A DNA stretch of 64,000 nucleotides, taken from the NCBI GenBank assembly GCA_041649255.1, contig JBAZNK010000015.1:17361-81360 (forward strand), in the 5' to 3' direction. The notes under the pieces were generated by a model, which worked only from the letters and a program-made list of their open reading frames with translations, searched no databases and was not told the DNA's origin. Below, in pieces: positions 19,080 to 29,089 of this stretch. Within the stretch, counting starts at the first letter, position 1. Each line of letters starts with the position of its first letter. Source of the stretch: a bacterium. Its GTDB lineage: Bacteria > Hydrothermota > UBA3073 > JACQXS01 > JAQTXJ01. The position numbers and the translations under genes are program-made.

Positions 19080-20151
19080 ATTTTATTGAGTTAAGCAAAC
19101 TTGTCTGCAAAAAACATCCGTGAATACAATAACAGTTTTTTATTTTTTTCCTGAAATCATCCATCTTTTTTGATTGCCATAATTTATGGAAATCAAGGTC
19201 AAAATCTCTTATATTAAGTTTTGATTCTATCAATTCGCAACCCGCAACCTTCCCGTCAGGATAAAGCACGCCAATTTGATTCCCGGCAACACAATCAACG
19301 ATTTTACAATTTGTTTCTATTAATTCGATTTCCTTTTTCAACCCCAGCAAAGAAAAAGACAAATCAACGGCAAGCTTTGATTTCTCAAGAGTATAAATCT
19401 TTTTTATTTCATTGTATGTTTTTTTCATTTCGTCTAAAGTTAGTAAGGTTTTATCGGGCGAAGACGGGTTATAACTTTTTGACAACAAAGGATTATTTTG
19501 GAATAATTCATTTCCTCGCGCAAATTCAAAAGTTATGGGGATTTTCAAAACATTCGTAGTAAACTCTGAAAGCTGAACCAAATGTTTATAATTTAATTTT
19601 GATACTACGGTTAAAATATGAACGGTTAAGTTAGGATGCTTTGTGGAAAGTTTTTTTAATTCTTTCAATGTTTTAACGGCTTCATTAAAGCACCCTTCCT
19701 TGCCTCTTATTTTATCGTGTATATCTTCTACTCCATCAATTGATATCTGGAAATGAAGATTACTATTCACATTTTTAAGTATAGACTCCGTAGTTTCAAT
19801 AATTTTGGAAGAAGGCACCCCGTTAGTCATAAAATGGAAATTCATCGGTTTGTTTTTATCGTAAAATGTCTTACATATTTCGACAATTTGTGAGTGCAAA
19901 AAAGGTTCTCCCCCCGTAATTAAAATAGACGAGAGCGGGGACTTCAAAGAGCCTGCAATCTTGCCAATCTCTTCCAAATTAAGCGTGTTTTCATCCTTGC
20001 TCAGACTTTTCCAATAAAAACAATGTTTACAATGCATATTACATTTATTGGTTATGAAATAAATCAGGACTAATGGGGTTTTAAGTTTATTCTTTACCTT
20101 GAGATACATCTTCGTTTTTCTCGGGAAAGAAAGTAATTTATCAAAATTCAT
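19051..20151 (-). CDS. Radical SAM protein with SPASM/twitch-like C-terminal Cys cluster
   Basis: CNMHCKHCFY is the CxxxCxxC motif. The C-terminal CVAGNQIGVLYPDGKVAGCE..CYCIHGCF is SPASM-like. The gene overlaps the downstream GT2 gene by 29 nt. Confidence 0.8.
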   Translation of the reverse strand: MNFDKLLSFPRKTKMYLKVKNKLKTPLVLIYFITNKCNMHCKHCFYWKSLSKDENTLNLEEIGKIAGSLKSPLSSILITGGEPFLHSQIVEICKTFYDKNKPMNFHFMTNGVPSSKIIETTESILKNVNSNLHFQISIDGVEDIHDKIRGKEGCFNEAVKTLKELKKLSTKHPNLTVHILTVVSKLNYKHLVQLSEFTTNVLKIPITFEFARGNELFQNNPLLSKSYNPSSPDKTLLTLDEMKKTYNEIKKIYTLEKSKLAVDLSFSLLGLKKEIELIETNCKIVDCVAGNQIGVLYPDGKVAGCELIESKLNIRDFDLDFHKLWQSKKMDDFRKKIKNCYCIHGCFLQTSLLNSIKYGIFYHPHP

Positions 20152-20190
20152 TTTTATCTTTGCGGCCTCAGCAATCTTGCGTTGAAAATA

Positions 20191-20219
20191 TTCACCGCAG
20201 AGACGCAGAGTTCGCAGAG
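20191..20219. repeat. Inverted-repeat arm (CGCAGAG heptad words) abutting the GxxExxY gene stop
   Basis: TTCACCGCAGAGACGCAGAGTTCGCAGAG. The reverse complement of 20730..20758 matches it at 26 of 29 positions. Confidence 0.7.
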
Positions 20220-20220
20220 T

Positions 20221-20601
20221 CTACAATTTATTTACTATCCTCTTTATACCATCTTTTAAAATAGGGACATTAAAATTTATAAGCAATCCTACTTTTATTC
20301 CTGTCAATTTCAAATATGTTAGAACTTGAGCTTGATGAATTGGGAGTAGAGCTTCAATAGATTTCAATTCAACAATTACACAATTTTCAACGACTAAATC
20401 AAGACGGTATCCACAATCTAAACGAACACCTTTATACTCTACCGGTAAAGGTATTTGCCTTTCAAAAGAAAGTTTATTTAGAGTTAGTTCTCTGCAAAAA
20501 CATTCTTCATAGGGGGATTCTAATAATCCGGGGCCTAAGGTTTTATGCATTTCAATTGCTAAACCAATTACTTTCTCGGACACTTCATTTTCTTTTATCA
20601 T
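20221..20601 (-). CDS. GxxExxY family protein (PD-(D/E)XK nuclease fold)
   Basis: 126 aa. ..GPGLLESPYEECF..YRLDLVVENCVIVELKS..QVLTYLKLTG.. matches the GxxExxY family layout, including the D..ExK core. Confidence 0.8.
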   Translation of the reverse strand: MIKENEVSEKVIGLAIEMHKTLGPGLLESPYEECFCRELTLNKLSFERQIPLPVEYKGVRLDCGYRLDLVVENCVIVELKSIEALLPIHQAQVLTYLKLTGIKVGLLINFNVPILKDGIKRIVNKL

Positions 20602-20729
20602 ATTAGTTCTTTTTAAACCCTAACCTGCTTTCTCTATTTATTTCTTTTTCCATTTTTCAACTCTCAAACTTTCCGTTTTTCCTCTCTGTGTCCTCTGTAG
20701 TTACTGTTTCTGTTCTTTTCCTTTTTATT

Positions 20730-20758
20730 CTCTGCGTTCTCTGCGGCTCTGCGGTGAA
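20730..20758. repeat. Inverted-repeat arm upstream of the GxxExxY gene
   Basis: CTCTGCGTTCTCTGCGGCTCTGCGGTGAA, partner of 20191..20219. Confidence 0.7.
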
Positions 20759-20809
20759 AATCTTCTCTTCTTAGTTATATTAATTAAATATATAGGCGTA
20801 ATTTTCCAG

Positions 20810-21592
20810 TTATTTTTTCAATTTATTAAACAATGCGCAAGCTTCTTCCAACCCTATACCATTATGAACAATAGCTTTTATTGTTTTCATTGCCGCAACA
20901 GGATACTCCGATTGAAATATATTTCTTCCCATATCCACACCTTTTGCTCCTTTTTGAATCGCATTATATGCCAATTTGAACGCTTCTTCCTCGGGAAGTT
21001 TTTTCCCTCCCGCAATAACAATGGGAACGGGACAACTTTCTATAACCTTTTCAAATTCCTCACAATAATAAGTTTTTACTATATGCGCTCCGATTTCAGC
21101 CGCAATACGGCAAGCTAATGCTAAATACCTTACATCTCTTACCATATTTTTACCGACTGCAGTAACTGCAAGAACTGCTATACCATATTCTTCGGCTTCA
21201 TCAACAAGTTTAGCCAAATTCAATAACGTCTCTTTTTCATTAGGAGCGCCTACGAATATGGATAACGCTACGGCCGAAGCGTTCAGCCTAACTGCTTCTT
21301 TAATTGATGTAGTAATTCCTTCATTGGATAAATCTTCATCCAGAATGCTTGTTCCGCCTGAAACTCTCAATACGATTGGTATATTATTATCCGGTTTTAC
21401 GGATGTTCTGAGTATCCCGCGGGTAAGCATTAAGGAATCCGCATATTCAATCAAAGGAGTAACGGTTTTTGATGGGGTTTCCAACCCGCTTATCGGACCT
21501 AAAAAGTAACCATGGTCAACGGCAAGCATCACCGTGCGTCCCGTTTCTTTATTAAATATTCTATTGATTCTATTGCTTAATCCCCAATCCAT
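20810..21592 (-). CDS. Class I aldolase of the DhnA/FbaB/LsrF family
   Basis: 260 aa. MLAVDHGYFLGP, LRVSGG and IVKTYY (Schiff-base Lys context) are typical of DhnA-type aldolases. Confidence 0.8.
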   Translation of the reverse strand: MDWGLSNRINRIFNKETGRTVMLAVDHGYFLGPISGLETPSKTVTPLIEYADSLMLTRGILRTSVKPDNNIPIVLRVSGGTSILDEDLSNEGITTSIKEAVRLNASAVALSIFVGAPNEKETLLNLAKLVDEAEEYGIAVLAVTAVGKNMVRDVRYLALACRIAAEIGAHIVKTYYCEEFEKVIESCPVPIVIAGGKKLPEEEAFKLAYNAIQKGAKGVDMGRNIFQSEYPVAAMKTIKAIVHNGIGLEEACALFNKLKK

Positions 21593-21617
21593 TTACTCCC
21601 CCTTTTTACGTTAAAAC

Positions 21618-24600
21618 TTATTTTATTAATACTATTTTTTTTGTTTCATTATAAGTTCCGGCATTAAATTTAACAAAATATATCCCGGCAGGATAATCTT
21701 TGAATTCCAATTTTTCTTCATACCGACCGGGCAATTTTTCACACTCTATTAATGTTTTTACACATCGCCCGGAAAGGTCAAAGAGCTTTAATGAAACATT
21801 ACTCTTCAAAGGTATCTGGTAACTAATAATTGTTGACTTTATAAATGGATTTGAAGAGTTCTGATTAAAACTGAAAAGTTTTGTTAAAGTATCCGTTTCT
21901 TCAACTCCAACTACTACAATAGTAGAAAATACGGTTCTGTTCTTCAAATTATCGGAAGCCTGTAGTTCCAATGTATCCTCTCCTTCGCTCAAACTAAGCT
22001 GATATGAAATACTTCCACGAGTACAACTTCCGGTATCGTACTGAAAATAATCGGCAAGCTGTATATTTCTTGGCAGCAATTGACCATTTTTTATTCTTAA
22101 CGTAAGAGCAAGATTATATGGCACTATTTTATTAAATACATTAATTCCAGATTCATCTTCCAGTAAAGCTGAAAACATAAATTCAGCAGTATTTATAGTA
22201 TCTCCCATAGAAACACCATTTACAAAGAGTTGAATCGCAGGGCCTACCGTGTCTCCGGGGTTATCGCCACCGGGCATAATCGTAACCGGGGTAGCAGCAT
22301 TCCCGCAACTTGTATCATTCCAGGCAAATACACTAATTTTCCCATATGCTCCCCACAGTAATGAATCTTGAATCGAATCAAGTTTTGGAATATAGAAACT
22401 CTCTTTCCATTTTCCATTTGTTACTTCCGTTATGCCTTCAAATAAAATATCCTCACACAATTGATTATCTACCATCCTGCCGCGCATTTTATATTTAGTA
22501 TTTCCCTCAATTCCAGGATATCCATGATAAACATAGGTATAATTATATTCCGAACTCCTAACCGTAATATGTGCAAAATTTGCATTCGGTGCTGTGCCTT
22601 CTATCTCAAGCATAGTTCCACCCATAAGAGTATCAGAAAAAGAATCAATTTCTACATTAATTGACCATGAGGGGAATCTTGTTGCAGGGTCAGCAAATAA
22701 ATTTTCATTTACCTGGAGATTTCTGGATAAGTTCTGCCCATATACTACCTGGCCTAACGTATTTAATTTTTGTTTTAGTAATAGATTAACCAGTAAAGTA
22801 TCCATACCCGATGAACCACCTGTAGTCCTGGTAGCCGCAATAGAAGCAATGGTGCCTTTGTTGGGTATTTTCTGTAAATAATCAGCCATACAATCATCAT
22901 CCATACGGTCAAAACATCCTATTCCACAAGACCAGAATTGCCAAATTGGGTTTTTTACACCATTATTCAGGACTTCTATATCCTGTGGATTATAAAAAAG
23001 AATCTCGTGACAGAAAAGATAAAGATTACCATGCCCGGCCGCAAGCACCATATTCATACCTTTATCAATATGTCTTATGATATCGTTTTCTGCCGTAGGT
23101 TTACGATTACAAGTTTCTAACGGATAGTTCATAGAATAAACCTTAAACACGTCATATTCTTGTGGAATCATATTTGCACATCTTTCTTCATTTGCTACAA
23201 ACATATCTCTATCCGGATATTCATCGTCTGAAATCAATAGAATACGATTCTTCCATACCCCTTGGTCTGCTTTTTCATACTTAGTAATTTTATCTATTGC
23301 ATTCTCTGCTTCAATTTTAGTTTTTGCCGTAATCCTTCCAACTGCTAAGTTATGCTGTGAAAACCAATCATCCCAGCAATAATTACCTTGAGGGGGATAA
23401 CCATATTCACCAACCTTATATCCTTCTTCCCTCGCAGGAATACGATTTTTTGATACGTCTGACTTGTATGCATATGTCCCGGCACCAAGTAAAAGACAAT
23501 ATCCGGGTTGTCCCCAATTATCGTAAGCATACGATAGAAAGTTCTTTATCGCATACGGCGAATTTTCTATTCCCCAGCTAAAATTATTATATATATCCAC
23601 AGTAGAAAAAACTTCAGTGCTTAATCCCTGCCATTCTCTATAAGTTTTAAGCGTATTTGCATAATTTATAAAATCAGGATGAGCGATTATTATAAAATCC
23701 AGATTTTGTGACATATTCCTTATATTATACGGACTTTCTTCTTTTATAACCGGGATTTTAAAACTGTCACTTGCATAATAAACACCGCCGGGGCACTGAA
23801 AACTAACCACTCCCGTATCAAAATCAACATTGGCAACCCTTTTGGGGTCAAGAGGATTCGTAATATTAAAAATCACAGGAGACGATTGAAAACCTTTTAA
23901 TGTAAAGGCGAGAGAATCCTCTCCACTGAATTTTAAGTTTCCGGTATACGCTTCATATTTCTTTTTACAAACAACTTCAAAGTAATCAAAAAATATGACA
24001 TCTTTTGTCATTGAACTTCCTTTATATAACTCAATGGTAACAGTATCCGTTCCGTCGTGAAATCCGGAAGCATCAAATTCAAAAAACTTCGGAGGGTATT
24101 CCTGTGGGCCAATCCAACTTGTATTATAAAATTCAACTCCATTCAAATATAATTTTATGTTATGATTCATATCCGTCGCCTCAGGCTTATATTGACTCAT
24201 ATCAGTATACCAGCCATAAACGGCAAATTTTATCTTGCAGGAATCATTATAACAACTATGTGCATCAAACGTATAATCTTTTTTTAGACTTGAAACTGAT
24301 GAAATACGTTCAAGTTTATCCCATACCCAGGCAAGTCCACTTTTTGCCGGACAAATAGAATCTTTTTCTATATGCAAAGTATCAAAAAAGTACGCGGGCG
24401 CATTTTGAACTGAACTACCTGAAATGCTGTCTCTTCTCCCACTGCCTCCACCATATGTAAGCCAATAAACATTAGTAGATGCATATGGATTCAGGAAAGC
24501 TAAATCATTCTTTCCCCATCCGTCAAGTGATGTTCCATAAAATAAAATAGAATTATTCGGAAGGATATAAATAGGGACTTCTTTCAAGGTATCACTTGTT

Positions 24601-25553
24601 CCGATAACCATTTTACTTCCACCGTTATATAATCTTACAGTACTGAGGTCAACACCTGATAAATCAACCTGTGAAGTGTCAATTTTATATATGCCTTCTT
24701 CTTTAACTTCCACCTTATACCAATTATTAGTGTAAAAATGCAATTTTTTTGTTTCGCTTTCTTTTTTCCAGTTCTTTGCCTGTTCATAGTTAAGAAGCAC
24801 TGATTCAAATACTTTTTCAAAAAATCTATCCTGATGTGCTACACCTGCATCGCCACCATAAAAATTAACCTTTACCCGTAAACTCTTATAAAACAATAGA
24901 GTTTTGCTATTAGGATTATACCTAAATGGATTTATTCCGATTTTTACGATTTCCTGTCCTCTATAAAGCGCTTGCTCTTCTACGCTTGCAATCGCAGAAG
25001 GTAAAAACCCATCCTGTGAAGATGCTTTACCTTTTACGTTTCCCCCTGTAATTTCATATATTGGCGGGATATCTACTCCTGTAGATTCTACGGTTATAGC
25101 TTCAACTACCTCCACTCTAACAGTTGCGCCTATCGGGACTCCTATCGTAACATATTTTATGGGAAGAGTAGATTTTTCAGGTATTTGCTCCTGATAACTA
25201 CTTGGAGTATAGTGCGGAAGTTCCGATTTTATGATATTATCAGGAGTATACAAAAACTCTATACTTCTACTAGTTGAATTCAATACTGTTACGTCTTTTT
25301 TAAAATAATTTTCTGTTTTTGGAGAAGGCACATAAGCTTTCTTGTATTTTGCGGTTTTTATACTATTTAAGGATATCTTTTGAGACAATTTTGAAAGTGG
25401 TTTTACTTGTCCTATTGAAACTTTACGTTTTACGACTGAATTACTTTCCGTTTGAGCAGCTACATTTCTTGATAAACTTGTTTTACTCGCTCTAACTGAA
25501 TAAGTCGCAAAAAAAACAAAAAATACTAAAGAAAAAATATACCATTTTTTCAT
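21618..25553 (-). CDS. Peptidase C25 (gingipain-like) with T9SS C-terminal domain; PorU-type sortase is one possibility
   Basis: 1311 aa with a signal peptide. The C25 core is ..DFIIIAHPDF..YREWQGLSTEVFSTVDIYNNFS..YCLLLGAGTY.., with catalytic-type His (AAGHGN) and Cys (WSCGIGCF). The C-terminus ..NPFIKSTIISY..LFDLSGRCV..GIYFVKF..IVLIK is a T9SS CTD. Confidence 0.75.
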   Translation of the reverse strand: MKKWYIFSLVFFVFFATYSVRASKTSLSRNVAAQTESNSVVKRKVSIGQVKPLSKLSQKISLNSIKTAKYKKAYVPSPKTENYFKKDVTVLNSTSRSIEFLYTPDNIIKSELPHYTPSSYQEQIPEKSTLPIKYVTIGVPIGATVRVEVVEAITVESTGVDIPPIYEITGGNVKGKASSQDGFLPSAIASVEEQALYRGQEIVKIGINPFRYNPNSKTLLFYKSLRVKVNFYGGDAGVAHQDRFFEKVFESVLLNYEQAKNWKKESETKKLHFYTNNWYKVEVKEEGIYKIDTSQVDLSGVDLSTVRLYNGGSKMVIGTSDTLKEVPIYILPNNSILFYGTSLDGWGKNDLAFLNPYASTNVYWLTYGGGSGRRDSISGSSVQNAPAYFFDTLHIEKDSICPAKSGLAWVWDKLERISSVSSLKKDYTFDAHSCYNDSCKIKFAVYGWYTDMSQYKPEATDMNHNIKLYLNGVEFYNTSWIGPQEYPPKFFEFDASGFHDGTDTVTIELYKGSSMTKDVIFFDYFEVVCKKKYEAYTGNLKFSGEDSLAFTLKGFQSSPVIFNITNPLDPKRVANVDFDTGVVSFQCPGGVYYASDSFKIPVIKEESPYNIRNMSQNLDFIIIAHPDFINYANTLKTYREWQGLSTEVFSTVDIYNNFSWGIENSPYAIKNFLSYAYDNWGQPGYCLLLGAGTYAYKSDVSKNRIPAREEGYKVGEYGYPPQGNYCWDDWFSQHNLAVGRITAKTKIEAENAIDKITKYEKADQGVWKNRILLISDDEYPDRDMFVANEERCANMIPQEYDVFKVYSMNYPLETCNRKPTAENDIIRHIDKGMNMVLAAGHGNLYLFCHEILFYNPQDIEVLNNGVKNPIWQFWSCGIGCFDRMDDDCMADYLQKIPNKGTIASIAATRTTGGSSGMDTLLVNLLLKQKLNTLGQVVYGQNLSRNLQVNENLFADPATRFPSWSINVEIDSFSDTLMGGTMLEIEGTAPNANFAHITVRSSEYNYTYVYHGYPGIEGNTKYKMRGRMVDNQLCEDILFEGITEVTNGKWKESFYIPKLDSIQDSLLWGAYGKISVFAWNDTSCGNAATPVTIMPGGDNPGDTVGPAIQLFVNGVSMGDTINTAEFMFSALLEDESGINVFNKIVPYNLALTLRIKNGQLLPRNIQLADYFQYDTGSCTRGSISYQLSLSEGEDTLELQASDNLKNRTVFSTIVVVGVEETDTLTKLFSFNQNSSNPFIKSTIISYQIPLKSNVSLKLFDLSGRCVKTLIECEKLPGRYEEKLEFKDYPAGIYFVKFNAGTYNETKKIVLIK

Positions 25554-25593
25554 TTTTATCCCCTTGATTTAATATATAACCTTATTAATGGAC

Positions 25594-25622
25594 AATATAT
25601 TAAGAAGTTTTATCATTGTCAA
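25594..25622 (-). promoter_or_regulatory. Candidate sigma70-type promoter of the C25 peptidase gene
   Basis: The minus strand reads TTGACA (25622..25617), 17 nt, TATATT (25599..25594). Confidence 0.45.
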
Positions 25623-25750
25623 ATTAAAATCTCATTTATTTTTAATACAAAAAGACAACTAAAAACTTATGTTCATTTTGCGCTAACTTTTTTGAGAATT
25701 CACCTAGAAACTAATTCAGTAATTATTTTTTCTAGTCAAAAAACACATCA

Positions 25751-26671
25751 TTAACTACTGTTTTTTTCTATATATAGTTCTGCAGAGAATGCTGCTAATG
25801 CACCGTCTCCGGCTGCTGTTACGATTTGACGGAATCGTTTTTCCCTGACATCACCGGCAGCAAAAATACCGGGCACCGAAGTCTCGAGGTGTTCGTTTGT
25901 CATTATATATCTTTTGTTATCCAATTGTACAACATCCTTCAAAAAAGCGGTATTTGGAGTCAATCCTGCAAAAATAAATACACCTGTAACGTCTATGGTT
26001 TTTTCTACTCCATCACCTTCTATCGTGATGGACTCAACTCCTTTATCACCGTTTACACTTACAAGTTTATGTGAAAAATAAAATTTTGCGTTAGTATGTT
26101 TCTTTACTCTTTCTTGTAAAGTTTTATCTGCCGTAATAAAAGGCAAAAACTCAACAAACGTAATATGATTAACAAACTTAAGCAGGAATAATCCTTCCTG
26201 TATGCCTGAATTTCCGCATCCTATAACAGCTACATTTTTATTTTTATACAATGGACCATCACAGATAGCGCAATAGGATATTCCCTTACCGAAGAACTTT
26301 TCTTCCCCGGGAATATTTAATTTTTTATAATGAGTTCCTGTTGCAATTATTATTGCAGACGTTTCATATTCATTTTTTGATGTCTTTACAATTTTCACGT
26401 TATCTCGTATTTCGAGAGTTTCAACTTCTTCCGGGACTATATTCACGCCGATAGCTCTTGCTTGTTCTTCCATTTTCTGCATCAAATCAAAACCGCTTAT
26501 CTCTTTGAACCCGGGATAATTTTCTATTATATCGGTGTTTACTACAAGTCCACCCGTTACATATTTTTCAAGGATAACGGTATTTAATTTTGCTCTCTGA
26601 GCATAAATTCCCGCCGTAAGCCCGGCAGGTCCGGATCCAATTATAACTAAATCTTTTTTCTCCATAATCAT
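25751..26671 (-). CDS. trxB: Thioredoxin-disulfide reductase
   Basis: VIIGSGPAGLTAGIYAQRA (FAD-binding), the redox CAICDG motif, and GCGNSG (NADPH-binding). Its ATGA overlaps the stop of the upstream PBP gene. Confidence 0.9.
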   Translation of the reverse strand: MIMEKKDLVIIGSGPAGLTAGIYAQRAKLNTVILEKYVTGGLVVNTDIIENYPGFKEISGFDLMQKMEEQARAIGVNIVPEEVETLEIRDNVKIVKTSKNEYETSAIIIATGTHYKKLNIPGEEKFFGKGISYCAICDGPLYKNKNVAVIGCGNSGIQEGLFLLKFVNHITFVEFLPFITADKTLQERVKKHTNAKFYFSHKLVSVNGDKGVESITIEGDGVEKTIDVTGVFIFAGLTPNTAFLKDVVQLDNKRYIMTNEHLETSVPGIFAAGDVREKRFRQIVTAAGDGALAAFSAELYIEKNSS

Positions 26672-28629
26672 CTACAGGTGCAAAATTCCGTTGGTTCAGT
26701 TCCTTCAATAAAGACTTCCGTCCTGACAGCGCCTGAATTACGACCTGCAAGGCTGCCACATTTCTTGCATATATCTTTCCATACAAGTCCTGAAGGCACC
26801 GGGAAATCATTCATTGGTTTATTCTTCAAGGCTTCTTTCATAAATGATATCCAGATAGGTAACGCAACTTCCGCACCGGTAGCCTTATACCCTATCTTTT
26901 TAGGCGTATCATAGCCAACCCAGACACCACAAACCATATCGGGGGTAAATCCAATAAACCACGTATCTCCGTATTCATCGGATGTTCCTGTTTTTCCCGC
27001 TATAGGGCCTTCAAGCCCTGAATTTCTTATTTTTATTCCTGTCCCCTCATTTACAACGCTTTGCAACATACTTGTCATAAGATACGCCGTTTGTGGAGAC
27101 AAAACACGGTCTTTAAATAATTGTGGTCTCTTATATAAAACGGAACCATCAAGGTCAGTTATTTTTTCTATCATATATGGCGTAACCCTTATCCCTCCGG
27201 TGGCAAACGTTCCATAAGCAGTAACCATATCAAGCAAACTTATTGAACTGCATCCCAATGATAACGAAATAACCGGGTCTAATTTCGAAGTTATCCCCAT
27301 TCTTCGAGCATAACTAATGACTTTTTCCGGACCGATATCCATAATAAGCCTTACGGAGACTAAATTTCTTGATAACGCTAAAGCCTTACGTAAAGTAATT
27401 GGGCCTAAGAACTCTTCGTCATAATTACCGGGCCTATATGTTTTATTCCCCCAATCTTTAATGGCTATTGGCGCATCTTCTACAACTGATGCCGGCGTAT
27501 AACCTGATTCAAGCGCTGCCGTCCACACAAACGGTTTAAACGCCGAACCTGCCTGTCTTTCTCCCAGAATTGCCCGATTAAACGTACTTTTCCCGAATTC
27601 TTTACCTCCGACTTCTGCCAGTATTCCGCCCGTATTGGGGTCCATAACTAAAAGTGCCGATTGTAAAGGCAATGTTGTATCTTTCGATTTAAATCTTGTC
27701 CCTATTGACATTAATCCATTCTTTACAACTGAGTCCGCAGCTTGCTGAAAACTTCCATCCAGAGTCGTATATATTAAAATACCTCCCCTGTAAAGTTCAT
27801 CCGCTCCAAATTGTGCAGATACCCATTTTCTTATTTCTTCTATAAAATATGCTCCCGTTCCGCGAACAAAAGTCTGTTTAAATACTTTTATCGGTATTTT
27901 CTTAGCAAATTCTTCTTCTTCTTTGCTAACCACTCCACTCTGAGCCAATACACTAATGACAAGATTTCTTCGTCCGGTGGCATTTTCAAGGTTGGTGTAC
28001 GGATTATATTTTGCAGGACTCTTAGGTAATCCTATTAATAACGCATATTCATACAGTTTCAGTTGATTCACATGTTTCCCAAAATAAGTTTGTGCCGCAG
28101 TTTCTATTCCATACGCTCCATTTCCATAGTAAATCTGGTTAAAATAAAGTTCAAGTATCTCATCTTTTGAATAAATTCGTTCTATACGCAAAGCTAAAAT
28201 CAACTCTTTAAGTTTACGCAGTATACTCTTATCAAAAGTCAGGAACAAGTTTCTTGCAAGCTGTTGTGTTATAGTAGAACCACCCTGTGCGCTTCGCAAA
28301 CGAAAAGCATTTAGTATTATTGCCCTGCTGAAACCACTAATATCAAAACCATGATGCTTATAAAAATTCTTATCCTCCAAAGCAAGAGTGGCTTTTATTA
28401 TTGGAGCAGGAATATTTTCAAGTTTTACCGGAATTCGTTTTTCTTCGTAAAACTCATAAATTATTCGTTTATTTCTATCGTAAACTTTTGAGCTCAAAGC
28501 CCTGTAAGTCTCGAGTAAATCTACGGAAGGCAGATTTCGGCTAATTCTGTAAACCAAAGCCCCACCGAATCCAATAAGAAAACCACAAACCACAACCGTT
28601 ATAAAAACCGCTTTTTTTACATTACTCAT
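26668..28629 (-). CDS. Class A penicillin-binding protein (transglycosylase/transpeptidase, PBP1A-type)
   Basis: Glycosyltransferase motifs EDKNFYKHHGFD and GGSTITQQLARN, transpeptidase motifs SAFKPF, SRN and KTGT, plus an N-terminal membrane anchor. Confidence 0.9.
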   Translation of the reverse strand: MSNVKKAVFITVVVCGFLIGFGGALVYRISRNLPSVDLLETYRALSSKVYDRNKRIIYEFYEEKRIPVKLENIPAPIIKATLALEDKNFYKHHGFDISGFSRAIILNAFRLRSAQGGSTITQQLARNLFLTFDKSILRKLKELILALRIERIYSKDEILELYFNQIYYGNGAYGIETAAQTYFGKHVNQLKLYEYALLIGLPKSPAKYNPYTNLENATGRRNLVISVLAQSGVVSKEEEEFAKKIPIKVFKQTFVRGTGAYFIEEIRKWVSAQFGADELYRGGILIYTTLDGSFQQAADSVVKNGLMSIGTRFKSKDTTLPLQSALLVMDPNTGGILAEVGGKEFGKSTFNRAILGERQAGSAFKPFVWTAALESGYTPASVVEDAPIAIKDWGNKTYRPGNYDEEFLGPITLRKALALSRNLVSVRLIMDIGPEKVISYARRMGITSKLDPVISLSLGCSSISLLDMVTAYGTFATGGIRVTPYMIEKITDLDGSVLYKRPQLFKDRVLSPQTAYLMTSMLQSVVNEGTGIKIRNSGLEGPIAGKTGTSDEYGDTWFIGFTPDMVCGVWVGYDTPKKIGYKATGAEVALPIWISFMKEALKNKPMNDFPVPSGLVWKDICKKCGSLAGRNSGAVRTEVFIEGTEPTEFCTCR

Positions 28630-28645
28630 TTTTTACCCTGTATAT

Positions 28646-29065
28646 TTATTGTACCAGCTCTTTGGTATTAAAGAAAAATGCTATTTCTTTTTTTGCATTA
28701 TCTACAGAATCCGAGGCATGCACCGCATTAACACAACCATTGGTACCAAATTGTTTTCTTAATGTCCCGGGTGCTGCATCTTTAGGATCTGTAGCGCCAA
28801 CTATCTCCCTTAAATGTTTTATAGCATTAATTCTACGTAAATGGCATACTTTAATTTTTCCCGAACTCATAAAATTTATTAGCCTGTTATAAAATTCTTT
28901 CCCATAATGGACGGCATAGAATCTTGACGCATCCTCCAGTGAAAGTCCTGCATATTTTGTTTCAACGATTTTAAAACCTTCTGTCTTTATCCGTTCAAGT
29001 ATTTTCTCATCAGTGCCGGCGGATACGGCATCCGGTTTTATAATAAGCAGTGTATCCTCTTCCAT
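28646..29065 (-). CDS. ndk: Nucleoside-diphosphate kinase
   Basis: 139 aa with the NAVHASDS active-site His motif and TLLIIKPDAV. Confidence 0.9.
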   Translation of the reverse strand: MEEDTLLIIKPDAVSAGTDEKILERIKTEGFKIVETKYAGLSLEDASRFYAVHYGKEFYNRLINFMSSGKIKVCHLRRINAIKHLREIVGATDPKDAAPGTLRKQFGTNGCVNAVHASDSVDNAKKEIAFFFNTKELVQ

Positions 29066-29089
29066 TTTCCCCTCCTCACATCCGGCAAA

